A stretch of 59,665 nt of DNA, the filler included. It is 8 parts of 8 records of this genome, joined end to end, with 100 filler letters (N's around TTAATTAATTAA, not from the genome) between each part and the next. Parts side by side here need not be neighbours in the genome. Positions count along the whole stretch, not along the records: positions 15,972 to 22,987 come from SRR31147125_35502; positions 23,088 to 36,007 come from SRR31147125_35519; 6 more parts are not named here. One strand, written 5' to 3'. Made by a program: the position numbers and the translations under genes. The first letter of the stretch is position 1. Every line of letters starts with the position of its first letter. Below are positions 18,694 to 30,401 of this stretch, piece after piece. The notes under the pieces were generated by a model that saw only the letters and a list, made by a program, of their open reading frames with translations, was not told where the DNA came from and searched no databases.

Positions 18694-19961
18694 TCACTGA
18701 TATACTTTTACGCAACTTCTACCGGCGGCCTTGGCCTCATAAAGGGCCTTGTCGGCATCATCAAGCAATTTTGTCGGGGGGCACTCTTCTCTTTGGAAAA
18801 AGATGCCCCCCCGATACTCAAGCTAACTCTCAAGGATGTGTCCCTGTATTCGAACTCCTTTTCTTCACACTCTTTTCTAATTCTTTCTGCAAATTGTAGC
18901 AATCCTTGATCATCGGTCCGGGGGATGAGGAAAACAAACTCTTCTCCCCCGTACCTGAATATATAATCGGGTTTTCGTTTGAGCGTCATAAATAGTTTTG
19001 AAACTTCCTTTAATAGATAATCACCGCAAAGGTGACCATAAGTATCATTGATGGTTTTAAAATGATCGATGTCCAGAACAAGGCATCCCAAAACCGTTTC
19101 ATAGCGCTTTGCCCGCTCGATTTCTCTGTTAAGGACGCGGTTTAAATATCGCCGGTTGTAAAGACCGGTGAGTTGATCGGTGTTTGCATCTTCTGCAAAC
19201 TCATCTGAGGCTTCAACTGACGAGATATCAATCGGCTGCTCAAGGTTTATGATTTTTGTCTTGGAATCATGATCAACAGTGGTGTCGTAACGAACGTCTT
19301 GGATTTTCTTCACTGTTGTTGCAATACGTTCACCCGCTTTTTGTGCTTTGGAAATCAGACTCATGACCTTCTCATGGTCGTCCTTTACCAAAGAAATCAT
19401 TTCCAGATTAGCCAAAAGTATCATAAGCGGTTGATTGAGTTCATGGGCTGCTGCACCTGCCATCTGGAGCAGGACTTTTAACCGTTCTTCCTCCACAACT
19501 GCTTTTTGCTGCTCAAGAATCTCTTTGTTTGCCTCTTCCAATTCGCGAATCTTATTTTCAATCAATTTTTTCTGGTTGAAGAGATCAAGGAAAATGTTTA
19601 CCTTGTTTTTTATAATTTCCGGCTCCAACGGTTTGAAAATATAATCAACAGCACCGGCTTTGTAGCCTTTGAAAATATGTTTTTCTTCTTTGCTGATGGC
19701 GGTGACAAAAATAATGGGAATGTGACGGGTTCTTTGATTTCCCCTTAAATATTCAGCTGTTTCAAAGCCGTCCATATCCGGCATCTGCACGTCCAGTAAA
19801 ACAAGGGCAAAATCATCTTCCAACACTTTGCATAATGCTTCATTTCCGGAACCCGCCTTGACAATGTTGATATGAGGCTCATGGAGAACAGCCTCCAGAG
19901 ATATGAGGTTTTGAGGGTTGTCATCGACGATTAAGATATTGGCTTTATGGGTATCTTTCAT
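18694..19961 (-). CDS. REC-HisKA-like-GGDEF diguanylate cyclase, C-terminal frameshift
   Basis: REC (ILIVDD, LLDVQMP), AHELNQPL, DQLTGLYNRR, DIDHFK, RYGGEEF. The shifted frame at the run near 18776-18781 gives LLDDADKALYEAKAAGRSCVKVYQ* ending at 18694. Confidence 0.85.
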
Positions 19962-20121
19962 TTTGCCTTTTATCCCTTGTATTGCAAGTCTGGTTTAACA
20001 AAGAAGCGATCTCTTCAATTAAAAAGATATGGTCTGCCGTGACCGCATTCATGGTTTGCCGGTGCATCATGGGCACTTCCGCCGTTTTCGGTTACTGAAC
20101 AATGGTAAGCCCGCCGGACAT
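19945..20121 (-). pseudogene. cheB: cheB methylesterase C-terminal relic
   Basis: Reads MSGGLTIVQ*PKTAEVPMMHRQTMNAVTADHIFLIEEIASLL, matching the CheB C-terminal GGxTIVQDPxTA..P.MP..A...DHIL...EI. The N-terminal part is missing and there is an internal stop. Confidence 0.75.
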
Positions 20122-20126
20122 TAAGG

Positions 20127-20944
20127 CTATTTTAGGCGGTAAATTTTTTGAGAGGGCACCACATCCTCAAAATCATTGGAATAATGAGACACACGAATGG
20201 TCTCCTTAGATCCCAAGCATAAAATGCCATCATCACAAAGGCTCTCTTTAAAAAGGCCGAACACCCTGTCTTGCAGTTCCAGGTCAAAATAGATTAACAC
20301 ATTTCTGCAGAGAATAAGATCCATTTCGCCAAATACCGAATCACAAGCCAAATTGTGGTTGGAAAAGAGAATGTTTTTTTAACCTTTTATCCAGCATGGC
20401 AAAATCATAGGTGGCGGTATAGTAATCGTTCAAAGATTTTTGACCGCCGGCTTTATTATAGTTCCGTTCAAATTCTTTCATACCCTTGATTGGATAGATG
20501 CCATCCTTGGCTTTTTCCAGTGACGGGTCGTCAATATCAGTGGCGTAAAGATAACATTTTTCATACAAGTTCTCTTCCAACAAAAAGATGGCCAGGGAAT
20601 AGACTTCTTCCCCTGTGGCACAACCGGCATGCCATATCTTGATATTTTTTTCTCATTAGTTCAGGAAAAACAATCTCTTTCAAAGTACGGTAAAAATCAG
20701 GGTCCCGAAACATTTCTGTAACATTCACGGAAATCTTGGATAACAATTTTTCAAATGACTCGGAATTGTAAAGGATTTCATGCTGCAGTGCGGAGATTGT
20801 ATCAACCCCTTGATCGGACAAATAGGATTGAACCCTTCTTCTAATGGACGCTTTTGAATAGTTTCTGAAATCGTAGCCATATCTGATAAAAATGGATTCC
20901 AGTAACATGTTCAGTTCTATGGTTTCAGGCGTTAATTTTGTCAT
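20127..20944 (-). CDS. cheR: CheR-type protein-glutamate methyltransferase, two frameshifts
   Basis: YGYDFRNY, SVNVTEMFRDP, (shifted) WHAGCATGEEVYS, YATDID, LILCRNVLIYF, LGSKE. Breaks at T-runs near 20645-20652 and 20373-20380. Confidence 0.85.
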
Positions 20945-20945
20945 A

Positions 20946-22987
20946 TCAATAGAGCCAAACCCTCAGCATTGAAAGCAGTTTATCCGTGTTTACCGGCTTG
21001 GACAGATAATCGCTGGCACCCGCTTCGATGCATTTTTTCCGGTCGCCTTTCATCGCCTTTGCCGTCAGGGCAATGATCGGCATCTTCTTGAATCGTTTGT
21101 CCTTACGGATCACGGCCATGGTTTCATAACCGCTCATTTCCGGCATCATGATATCCATTAAAACCAGATGGGTATCCGGATGTTTTTCAAGCATATCCAA
21201 CCCTTTTTGCCCGTTTTGGGCGGCTATGACATGGAGCCCTTTATCTTCCAGCACATTGGTGACAGCATACACATTGCGCATATCATCATCCACAACAAGG
21301 ATTTTTTTTCCGGAAAAGACCGATTCCCGATCATGCATGACCCGGATCATTTTACGTTTTTCTTCGGGAAGATCCGCTTCAACCCTGTGTAAAAAGAGTG
21401 TGGTCTCATCCACCAGTTTTTCTGCCGATTTCACCCCTTTAATGATCACCTTTTCTGCATATTGGTTGATGATGGCTTCTTCTTCATGGGTCAGCTCCTT
21501 TCCCGTATATACAATGATGGGAATCTCCATGATGTTTTCGTCTTCTTTCATACGGGTCAAAAAGTCCACTCCGGTGATGTCGGGCAGCCCCAAGTCCAAA
21601 ATCATGCAATCAAACGACTGCTCTTTGAGTAACGTAAAGGCCTCTTCACCACTTGCCGCTTCCGTTGTGTGAACATCTCCGTTCCCAATCAGTTCCACCA
21701 TGCCTTTTCTATGGATGGCATCATCCTCAATGATCAGTAATTTTCGTATATTACCCGAAATCAGATGTTCAATTTTCTCAAATGCCTCATCCAATAGGGG
21801 TATGGTAACCGGCTTGGTAATAAACCCAATGGCGCCCATTTTTCTTGCCTCGACACTTTTATCATGTGCGGAGATGAAGTGAACCGGAAGATGCCTTGTG
21901 TTGGGATTCTCTTTGAGTCTATCCATGACGGACCAGCCGTCCAAACCCGGAAGGCCGATATCTAAAATGACGGCATTGGGTGTGTAGTAGTCTGCAAAAT
22001 GGAGCCCGGTTTCACCATCCCCTGCAACCAGCACTTTGTATTGGCGCTCCCTTGCAAGATCGGATAGTGTTTTTGCAAACCGGGGTCATCTTCAATAATC
22101 AGAATAATTTTATCTTCCGGTTTAAGATTTTTCCGATCGTCGGGAATGAATTCAGATGCACCGTCGACAGAAAAGTCGGACTCTTCTGCAGGCGTTGAAG
22201 TCGTTTTTGACTCAACAGGTTTCGTTGATGGGCCGGAAATGGACGGCTGACGTTTCTTCTGATGATATTTTCTCTTCAATACTTCCGGCAGATACACTGT
22301 AAATACACTCCCCTTTCCCAACTCGCTTTCAAGCCGGATCGAACCACCTAACAACTTTGCCAGCTCACGGGAAATTGAAAGCCCCAGCCCGGATCCTCCA
22401 TATTTTCTGCTGGTGGTCCCGTCCGCCTGTTGAAAGGCTTCGAATATCAATTTCTGTTTTTCTTCCGCAATTCCCTCGCCGGTATCGGAAACGGAAAATG
22501 CAATGGTTTTATCCGGTTCATAACCGTTTTGAGACAGATCCATTTTGCCATCGGGGCGCCCAATACTTAGATCTATACAGCCCCTTGCCGTAAATTTTAG
22601 AGAATTGGAAAGTAAATTTTTTATGATTTGTTCCAAACGCTGACCATCCGTCTTTATCTTGGAAGGCAGATCTTGATCAATATGGACATTGAAATCCAAT
22701 CCCTTTTCCTGAGCCTGGGGCTTAAATGCGCGCTCCAGTCGTTGTGCCATTTCACTCAGGGCAATGTGTTCCGGATGAATCTCCATTTTCCCCGACTCAA
22801 CTTTTGAAAGATCTAAAATATCGTTGATTAGGTCGAGTAGTTCCGTACCGGATAGATGGATCGTTTCTGAAAATTCCAGCTGCTTTTGAGTCAGCGTATT
22901 TTCCTTGTTGTCCGCCAGAAGTCTTGACAGCAGCAGAATGCTGTTTAAGGGGGTTCTCAGTTCATGGGACATATTGGCCAGGAATTC
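20946..22987 (-). CDS. Hybrid sensor histidine kinase with three REC domains, 5'-partial, frameshift near 22081
   Basis: EFLANMSHELRTPLN, NLLSNSLKFT, DTGEGI, GGSGLGL, then three REC domains (IIEDD, IIEDD, VVDDD). One missing C in EDDPRF joins the two ORFs. Confidence 0.88.
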
Positions 22988-23087
22988 NNNNNNNNNNNNN
23001 NNNNNNNNNNNNNNNNNNNNNNNNNNNNNNNTTAATTAATTAANNNNNNNNNNNNNNNNNNNNNNNNNNNNNNNNNNNNNNNNNNNN
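22988..23087. other. Artificial contig linker
   Basis: N44-TTAATTAATTAA-N44. Confidence 0.98.
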
Positions 23088-24143
<1,056 letters not shown>

Positions 24144-24237
24144 TTAGTTTCTGCTTATATTTCAATGTGTTTTTCTCAACACATTAACAATAGCAGGGTT
24201 TTCAACGAAATCATCTTTTATCAAACATATTCCTTTG

Positions 24238-24252
24238 TAGGAATAATTACTA
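24238..24252. promoter_or_regulatory. Per/Fur-box-like 7-1-7 palindrome upstream of katG
   Basis: TAGGAAT-A-ATTACTA; a near-identical copy lies upstream of the regulator gene. Confidence 0.55.
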
Positions 24253-24275
24253 TTTATAGGGAAAATTTTTTTAGA

Positions 24276-24707
24276 CTACAAGCATTTTTTACAAATTCCG
24301 TAAACAACGACATTTCTTTTATCAAAATGCCCAAAAGCGCTCGCCTCCTCCGGCAAATCAGCATCATCGATCTGCTGCCATTCAAAATCGATAATCTTCT
24401 TACACCGCTCACAGATCAGGTGGTGGTGTTGTGTCAAGGTCACCTCAAAGTGAGCCTGGCTTTCAATGGTTTCCACCTTATTGATCAGTCCCAGGTCCGA
24501 AAAGGTCCCAAGGGTTCTGTAAACCGTATCGAGAGACAAGGTCGGCATCTTGTCACTGAGCCGTTGGTGCAGCTTTTCCGCCGTCGGATGATCATCCGCC
24601 TTGGCCAGCTCTTTGAAGATTTCAATCCGCTGCGGGGTCACCCGCAGGTCCCTGGCCCGGCAGGCATCCTGAAAATCATTCATTGTCTGTTTCAGGGTCG
24701 CTTCCAT
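24276..24707 (-). CDS. perR: Fur-family regulator, PerR-like
   Basis: TPQR, HPTAE, SLDTVYRTL, HHHLICERC, GICKKC; directly upstream of katG. Confidence 0.8.
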   Translation of the reverse strand: MEATLKQTMNDFQDACRARDLRVTPQRIEIFKELAKADDHPTAEKLHQRLSDKMPTLSLDTVYRTLGTFSDLGLINKVETIESQAHFEVTLTQHHHLICERCKKIIDFEWQQIDDADLPEEASAFGHFDKRNVVVYGICKKCL

Positions 24708-24723
24708 GAACTCCCTTCCTAAC

Positions 24724-24738
24724 TAAGAATTATTACTA
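24724..24738. promoter_or_regulatory. Per/Fur-box-like 7-1-7 palindrome upstream of the perR-like gene
   Basis: TAAGAAT-T-ATTACTA, similar to the site at 24238-24252. Confidence 0.55.
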
Positions 24739-24830
24739 ATTCAAAGTTACGGCATTCTATCCAAGGGAGTCAAGACCGCAGGATCATTTTATTTCGCTGA
24801 CAGGTATCAAATTGGAAGGTTAAACAGGCC

Positions 24831-27059
24831 CTACTTCCGGCTTTTTTTCAGGTTGCGTTCGCCAGCCTGACGTGATTTCCGTTTACGCAGTCGCAAGACC
24901 TCATGTTGACGCTTGTCGGACAGCTTAATCATCTTGTCCTGGCAACCCAAAGCCCCTTTTCTCGGGTTCGGATGAACCGCCAGATAGTTGCCGTCAGGCT
25001 GCAACTCCCAGGCACTGACCTTGTCGCTCAGCTGCAGTTCCATAAAGTCTTTCAGTTGCGTTTTCAGCGCTTCGCTGCGCACCGGAGACAGAGCCTCGAC
25101 CCTGAATTCAAGGTTGCGCCGCATCGCATCCGCTGAGCCGATGAAGTATTCTTCGTCGCCTCCATTCCGGAAATAGTAAATCCGAGCGTGCTCCAAGAAA
25201 CGTCCGACAATTGAAACAACCCGAATCGATTCCGACAGACCTTCAATACCCGGGCGGACTCGGCAGCTATCCCGAACCAAGAGCTCGACAACAACTCCGG
25301 CTCTGGAAGCGCGGTAGAGCGCTTTTGCGATATCGACATCTTCGAGGGCGTTCATCTTGAACCGGATCAAACCGGGTTGATCCTCCGTACTCAAAGAAAT
25401 TTCACGCTCAATTTTGTCGAGCAGTGCTTTTTTTAATGTTTTCGGAGCCGGCAACAGCTGGATGTAATTGCGCTTCGGAGTAAACCCGGTGGTCAGATAA
25501 TTAAACAGCTCAGTGGCATCGCGACCGATCTCTTTGTCGTAATAAAACATGCCGATATCGGAGTACAACCGCGCTGTGACCGGATGATAATTTCCGGTGC
25601 CGACATGCACGTAGCGCCGGAGGCCTTTGTAGTCCTGACGCAGGACCAGAATCACCTTCGAGTGCGTCTTCAGACCAACGACACCGTAAGTGACGTGTAT
25701 CCCCGCTTCTTCCATTCGGGACGCCAACTTGACATTGGCCTGTTCGTCAAAACTTGCTTTCAACTCAACAACAACCGCAACCTGCTTATCATTTTGCGCT
25801 GCACGAATCAGATAGCTGACAATCTGGCTGTCGGGGTCCGTCCGATAAAGGATCATTTTGATCCCACGAACTTTCGGGTCAGTCGCAGCTTCATACAAAA
25901 AGCGCTCGACCGATGTCGTGAAAGATTCATAAGGGTGTTGGAGCAGGATTTCCTTATGATCTCGAATCGTATGAAAAATACTCCGATCCTTTATCAGTAG
26001 CGGATGATCGATCGGATGGTGAGGGGCTTCCTTGTGCTGGGGGAGCTCCAGACCATAAAGTTCCCACAGGTCGCGCAAGCCGATCATACAGCTGGTCACG
26101 GAAACATCCTGTGCTTCATCCAATCCTAATTCCGAGGCCAGCCGCCCACGGTGAATATCAGAAATTCCAGGTTCCACCTGCAAACGAACGATTGGTGCCA
26201 CCCGACGATCCTGCAGAGTTGTTTCAATCAGCTCAAGGAGATCATCAGCGTGCTCTTCTTCCTTGCTGGTGTTGGCGTTGCGCGTCACCCTGAACAGTTC
26301 GCAGGTGACAATCTCCATCCCCGGAAACAGCAGATCAAGGTTGTTCTCCATCACCTCTTCCAACAGGACAAAACGGTAGCCGTCTGTGCCGACCCGCTGA
26401 AAACGCTGCGCACCGGAGCCGACCGGGACTTTAACCCGAGCGAGAGAGACTTCCAATTCACCGGGGTAGCGTAAAGTGACCAGGAGGTTCAGAGACAGAT
26501 TGGAGATAAAAGGAAAGGGATGGGCGGGATCGACCGATTGAGGCGTAATTAACGGAAAGATGCTGTCATAAAAAAGGTCGCGAATGTCATCCTTTTCAGA
26601 ATCAATCAATTGATCGTAGTGCAGAATTTCGATACCGGATTTCGCCAGGTCTGAGAAAACCTCCTCAGCGGTTTTCTCTTTTTCACCCATATAGTCACAG
26701 ATATCAGCGAAACAATCGTCTATCTGTTGCTGCGGTGTTCGACCGTCAACGGTCGTGTCAAGAATCCCCGCAGCAACCTGCTGTTTGAGGCCACCGATCC
26801 GCTTCATGTAAAACTCATCCATGTTGGAACCGGAAATGGCCAGAAACTTCACCCGCTCCAGTAATGGACTTTTTTTATTCTGGGCCTGATACAGAACCCG
26901 CGTGTTAAACTTCAACCAGCTCAATTCCCGGTTCAGGTACAGACTGGTATCGTTTAATGTATCATCATCGCTCTGGCGTCCCATCTGACTGTCCCCAAGT
27001 GCCTCCACAGGCATACTACTCACGAAAACGTCATCACAACCAGCATCTTTTCCCAGCAC
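24831..27059 (-). CDS. ppk1: Polyphosphate kinase 1
   Basis: NRELSWLKFN.RVL, DPAHPFPFISN, HPYESF, KTHSK, GTGNYH, GRFLEHARIY. GTG at 27059 follows GAGGAG. Confidence 0.96.
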   Translation of the reverse strand: MLGKDAGCDDVFVSSMPVEALGDSQMGRQSDDDTLNDTSLYLNRELSWLKFNTRVLYQAQNKKSPLLERVKFLAISGSNMDEFYMKRIGGLKQQVAAGILDTTVDGRTPQQQIDDCFADICDYMGEKEKTAEEVFSDLAKSGIEILHYDQLIDSEKDDIRDLFYDSIFPLITPQSVDPAHPFPFISNLSLNLLVTLRYPGELEVSLARVKVPVGSGAQRFQRVGTDGYRFVLLEEVMENNLDLLFPGMEIVTCELFRVTRNANTSKEEEHADDLLELIETTLQDRRVAPIVRLQVEPGISDIHRGRLASELGLDEAQDVSVTSCMIGLRDLWELYGLELPQHKEAPHHPIDHPLLIKDRSIFHTIRDHKEILLQHPYESFTTSVERFLYEAATDPKVRGIKMILYRTDPDSQIVSYLIRAAQNDKQVAVVVELKASFDEQANVKLASRMEEAGIHVTYGVVGLKTHSKVILVLRQDYKGLRRYVHVGTGNYHPVTARLYSDIGMFYYDKEIGRDATELFNYLTTGFTPKRNYIQLLPAPKTLKKALLDKIEREISLSTEDQPGLIRFKMNALEDVDIAKALYRASRAGVVVELLVRDSCRVRPGIEGLSESIRVVSIVGRFLEHARIYYFRNGGDEEYFIGSADAMRRNLEFRVEALSPVRSEALKTQLKDFMELQLSDKVSAWELQPDGNYLAVHPNPRKGALGCQDKMIKLSDKRQHEVLRLRKRKSRQAGERNLKKSRK

Positions 27060-27149
27060 AGGCACACTCCTCAATCAGTCAGGCAATGTTTGGACATAGA
27101 CATATGACTGAGAAATGTAAGCGTTTTATGAGCAACGTCGAATTCTACA

Positions 27150-27380
27150 TCAATTTCCGCAGTTTTCTTCAAAAAACAACAGAAAACAGACTGTCAGACG
27201 ACGGCTTTGCTGACAAATCAATTTTGAAAGGCTATGTTTTTTCTGATTCTTTTTCTTTGCGGTCTTCACCTTAACCGCTTTGCAAACCTGTTTTTTCTTT
27301 TCAACGAAAGCGCCGCACTTTTCGCAGGCAAACTGGGCGTCCTTCTTTTTGATTTTTGATTCTCCCTTGAGGCAGCTCAT
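27150..27380 (-). CDS. Small Cys/Lys-rich protein
   Basis: MSCLKGESKIKKKDAQFACEKCGAFVEKKKQVCKAVKVK. The true stop may be TAG at 27232 if there is a homopolymer frameshift. Confidence 0.55.
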   Translation of the reverse strand: MSCLKGESKIKKKDAQFACEKCGAFVEKKKQVCKAVKVKTAKKKNQKKHSLSKLICQQSRRLTVCFLLFFEENCGN

Positions 27381-27425
27381 TCTTTTATGATCCAATTCTA
27401 TTTATTTTGTCGAAACGATCATGAT

Positions 27426-27446
27426 AATGTCTATACAATGTAATAC
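27426..27446. promoter_or_regulatory. Operator-like motif upstream of ppx
   Basis: AATGTCTATACAATGTAATAC; the first 17 nt match the reverse complement of 31235-31251 at 16/17 positions. Confidence 0.55.
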
Positions 27447-27486
27447 TTCAACAGCCAAACAAAGTATACCAAAAAGGTCGTGATTA

Positions 27487-29094
27487 ATGAAAGACATCAC
27501 CCTGATTGATAACACATTTCATAAGCCCGGTGATCGGACACGGTTGGCAGCCATTGATATCGGAACCAACTCCTTCCGCTGCATCGTCGTTGAGGTGGAT
27601 GAACAGGGCACCTTCAGGGTTCTCGATGACGAAAAGTCCTCGGTCCGCCTGGGTGAAGGACTGACCGAGACCGGTTTCATTTCCGAGGCTGCTGAAAAAC
27701 GGGCCATTGAATCGTTGCACCGCATGTCGCAGATCTGTTCCGGGTTGAAGGCCGAGATTGCGGCCGTTGTCGCCACCAGCGCGGTCCGAAAAGCATTGAA
27801 TCGGAATCAGTTCCTGCGCAACGTCAAGCGGGAAACCGGGCTCGACATCAGCGTTATTTCAGGTGAGCAAGAGGCCGCACTGGCCAGTCTCAGTGTCCAT
27901 CATAATTTTGACATGGAGCAGCAACGCTTTGCCATGGCCGATATTGGCGGGGGTAGCGTTGAAATCGTCGTCGCGACGGGCCATCACGCCGAGACAGTCA
28001 CGTCCCTGGAGCTCGGTGCTGTTTTTTTGACGGAAACTTTTCTGAAAAATGACCCCGTCGATCAAAACGAACTGAAAAAGCTGCGTAAACATATCCGTAA
28101 AACGCTGAAACAGGAGGGGATCGGAGACGGCCTCCCAGTCGGGTGCCTGGTCGGCTCAGGCGGCACCATGACCAACATCGGCAGCATGGTCATGGAGATG
28201 CGCGGTGAGCACTACGAATCGATCCACCGCTATGAGGTCATGCATTCGGAAATCATTCACCTGATCGCCATGTTGACCCGAAAAACCCATAAAGAACGCC
28301 TTCATATCCCCGGCCTGAATCCTGAACGGGCCGATATTATTATCGCCGGGATGGTCTTGACGGATGAACTGATGAGACGCTCCCGCACCAACCTTCTGCG
28401 CATCAACGCGCAAGGTATTCGGGAAGGGCTGATTCTGCTCAGCATGCAGGAGCGTGGTCTGATTGAAGAACACCAGCAGACCCGGGACTGGCGCGAGTCT
28501 ATCCTTGATTTCAGCCGCTCCTGCCGCTTCGACGAATCGCACTCAACCCAGGTTAACAAGCTCGCCCAGACCATTTTCAAGGCGGTTGCACAGGAACACC
28601 AGCTGACGGAACGTCACGCTCAACTGCTTGAGGCGGGAGCACTTCTGCACGACATCGGCTATTTCATCAGCTACGATCGTCACCATAAGCACTCTTATCA
28701 TCTGGTCCGGCATGCGAACCTGTTCGGTTTCAACCCACGGGAGCGTGAGATCATCGCCAACCTGGCGCGCTATCACCGAAAAGCGAAACCGAAAAAATCG
28801 CACGAGAACTTTATTCATCTCAACGAGGAAGATCAGACTCTGGTGCGCCAGCTCGGTGGCATCCTGCGACTCGCCGACGGACTTGACCGACGAAGAAACA
28901 ATCAGGTCTGCGATATCCGCTGCAGACAGGACGATGATTTCTTCAGACTTGAAATCCGTGGCCAAGGAGACCTGACCGTCGAACATTACGGCGCCATGAG
29001 CAAGGGCGACCTGTTTGAATCAGCTTTTGGTTGCAAGCTTATTGTCGAAACAGTGGTGACGGATGAAAACACTGACGCTCATCAGGCACGCTAA
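27487..29094 (+). CDS. ppx: Ppx/GppA exopolyphosphatase with HD domain
   Basis: AIDIGTNS, VATSAVR, ISGEQEA, DIGGGSVE, GSGGT, RADII, GIREG, LLHDIG, LRLADGLD. Confidence 0.92.
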   Translation: MKDITLIDNTFHKPGDRTRLAAIDIGTNSFRCIVVEVDEQGTFRVLDDEKSSVRLGEGLTETGFISEAAEKRAIESLHRMSQICSGLKAEIAAVVATSAVRKALNRNQFLRNVKRETGLDISVISGEQEAALASLSVHHNFDMEQQRFAMADIGGGSVEIVVATGHHAETVTSLELGAVFLTETFLKNDPVDQNELKKLRKHIRKTLKQEGIGDGLPVGCLVGSGGTMTNIGSMVMEMRGEHYESIHRYEVMHSEIIHLIAMLTRKTHKERLHIPGLNPERADIIIAGMVLTDELMRRSRTNLLRINAQGIREGLILLSMQERGLIEEHQQTRDWRESILDFSRSCRFDESHSTQVNKLAQTIFKAVAQEHQLTERHAQLLEAGALLHDIGYFISYDRHHKHSYHLVRHANLFGFNPREREIIANLARYHRKAKPKKSHENFIHLNEEDQTLVRQLGGILRLADGLDRRRNNQVCDIRCRQDDDFFRLEIRGQGDLTVEHYGAMSKGDLFESAFGCKLIVETVVTDENTDAHQAR

Positions 29095-29556
29095 ATCGGA
29101 CTGGTCCGATCCGGCTCGCTCCGATTTTGATCAGCCGCTGAACAAGCGGGGGAAAAAAGCCGCTCCATTGATCGGTTCGCGGATGGCTGAGGACGCGATC
29201 ATCCCGGACCTGATTATCAGCAGTCCGGCCAAACGCGCGCGCAAAACGGCGCTATTGATTGCTGATGAGATCAGCTACGACAGAGATCTGATCACTTACG
29301 ATGAAACGATCTACGAGGCCTGGCTTGAAACTCTGATTGACTTGACCCGTCAACTGCCCGAGACCGACCACATCGCCCTGGTTGGTCACAACCCGGGCAT
29401 GACAGAACTGGCGGAATGGCTCGACCCGAAAGCACCCGAGTGGCTCCCGACCTGTGCGGTCCTGACCTTGTCGCTGGGCATCAACGACTGGACCGCTGCC
29501 ATTCAGAATTGTGGCCACATCACGCGCTACGATTTTCCCAAAAAACATCTGCATAA
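29063..29556 (+). CDS. sixA: SixA-like phosphohistidine phosphatase
   Basis: RHAKS, SSPAKRA, LVGHNPG. As sequenced it reads to 29650; one extra A in the A6 run (29540-29545) would give TAA at 29554-29556, just before the ppk2 RBS. Confidence 0.85.
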
Positions 29557-29567
29557 AGGGGCCTTTG

Positions 29568-30401
29568 ATGACGGACAACAAACGAAAATATCACCGCGAC
29601 GCGCAAAGCCGCTGCACCCCCAAGAAAAAAATCAAAACATCTGTCTATGAAAAAGAACTGGCGAAACTGCAGATTGAGCTTGTAAAACTTCAAGAATGGA
29701 TCAAGCATCAAAAGCTCAAAGTTGTCATTATTTTCGAGGGCCGCGATGCGGCGGGCAAAGGAGGATCGATCAAGCGGATCACCGAATGTCTGAACCCACG
29801 CGTCGCACGGGTCGTCGCTCTCCCGGCGCCAACCGAACGGGAAAGCACGCAGTGGTATTTTCAGCGCTACGTCCAACACCTTCCGGCGGCAGGCGAAATG
29901 GTGATTTTTGACCGTAGCTGGTACAACCGTGCCGGGGTGGAAAAAGTCATGGGCTTCTGCACAGAAGACGAGTATCAGGAGTTTCTCCGCTCCTGCCCCG
30001 AGTTTGAACGGATGCTGGTTCGCAGCGGCATCCTCCTGATCAAGTACTGGTTCTCTATCTGCAATGAAGAGCAGGAAAGACGTTTTCAAAAAAGGATTGA
30101 GCATCCGACCAAGCGCTGGAAGCTCAGTCAGATGGATCTGGAATCACGCTCACGCTGGGTTGAATATTCGATGGCCAAAGACCAGATGTTCGCCCACACC
30201 GATATCAAACAGGCTCCCTGGTACGTCGTTGATGGCGATGTGAAAAAGCGCGCCCGGCTCAACGTCATCTCGCACCTGCTCAGCCTGATCGACTACGAAG
30301 ACCTGACACCGGAACCGATTGAGCTGCCTCCCCGTCCGCCAGAAATAGGCTACGTCCGGCCGCCGCTTGGAGAGCAGAACTTCATCCCGGAAGTTTACTG
30401 A
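29568..30401 (+). CDS. ppk2: Polyphosphate kinase 2
   Basis: FEGRDAAGKGG Walker A, QWYFQRY, FDRSWYNRAG, KRWKLS; ATG 29568 after AGGGG. Confidence 0.95.
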   Translation: MTDNKRKYHRDAQSRCTPKKKIKTSVYEKELAKLQIELVKLQEWIKHQKLKVVIIFEGRDAAGKGGSIKRITECLNPRVARVVALPAPTERESTQWYFQRYVQHLPAAGEMVIFDRSWYNRAGVEKVMGFCTEDEYQEFLRSCPEFERMLVRSGILLIKYWFSICNEEQERRFQKRIEHPTKRWKLSQMDLESRSRWVEYSMAKDQMFAHTDIKQAPWYVVDGDVKKRARLNVISHLLSLIDYEDLTPEPIELPPRPPEIGYVRPPLGEQNFIPEVY

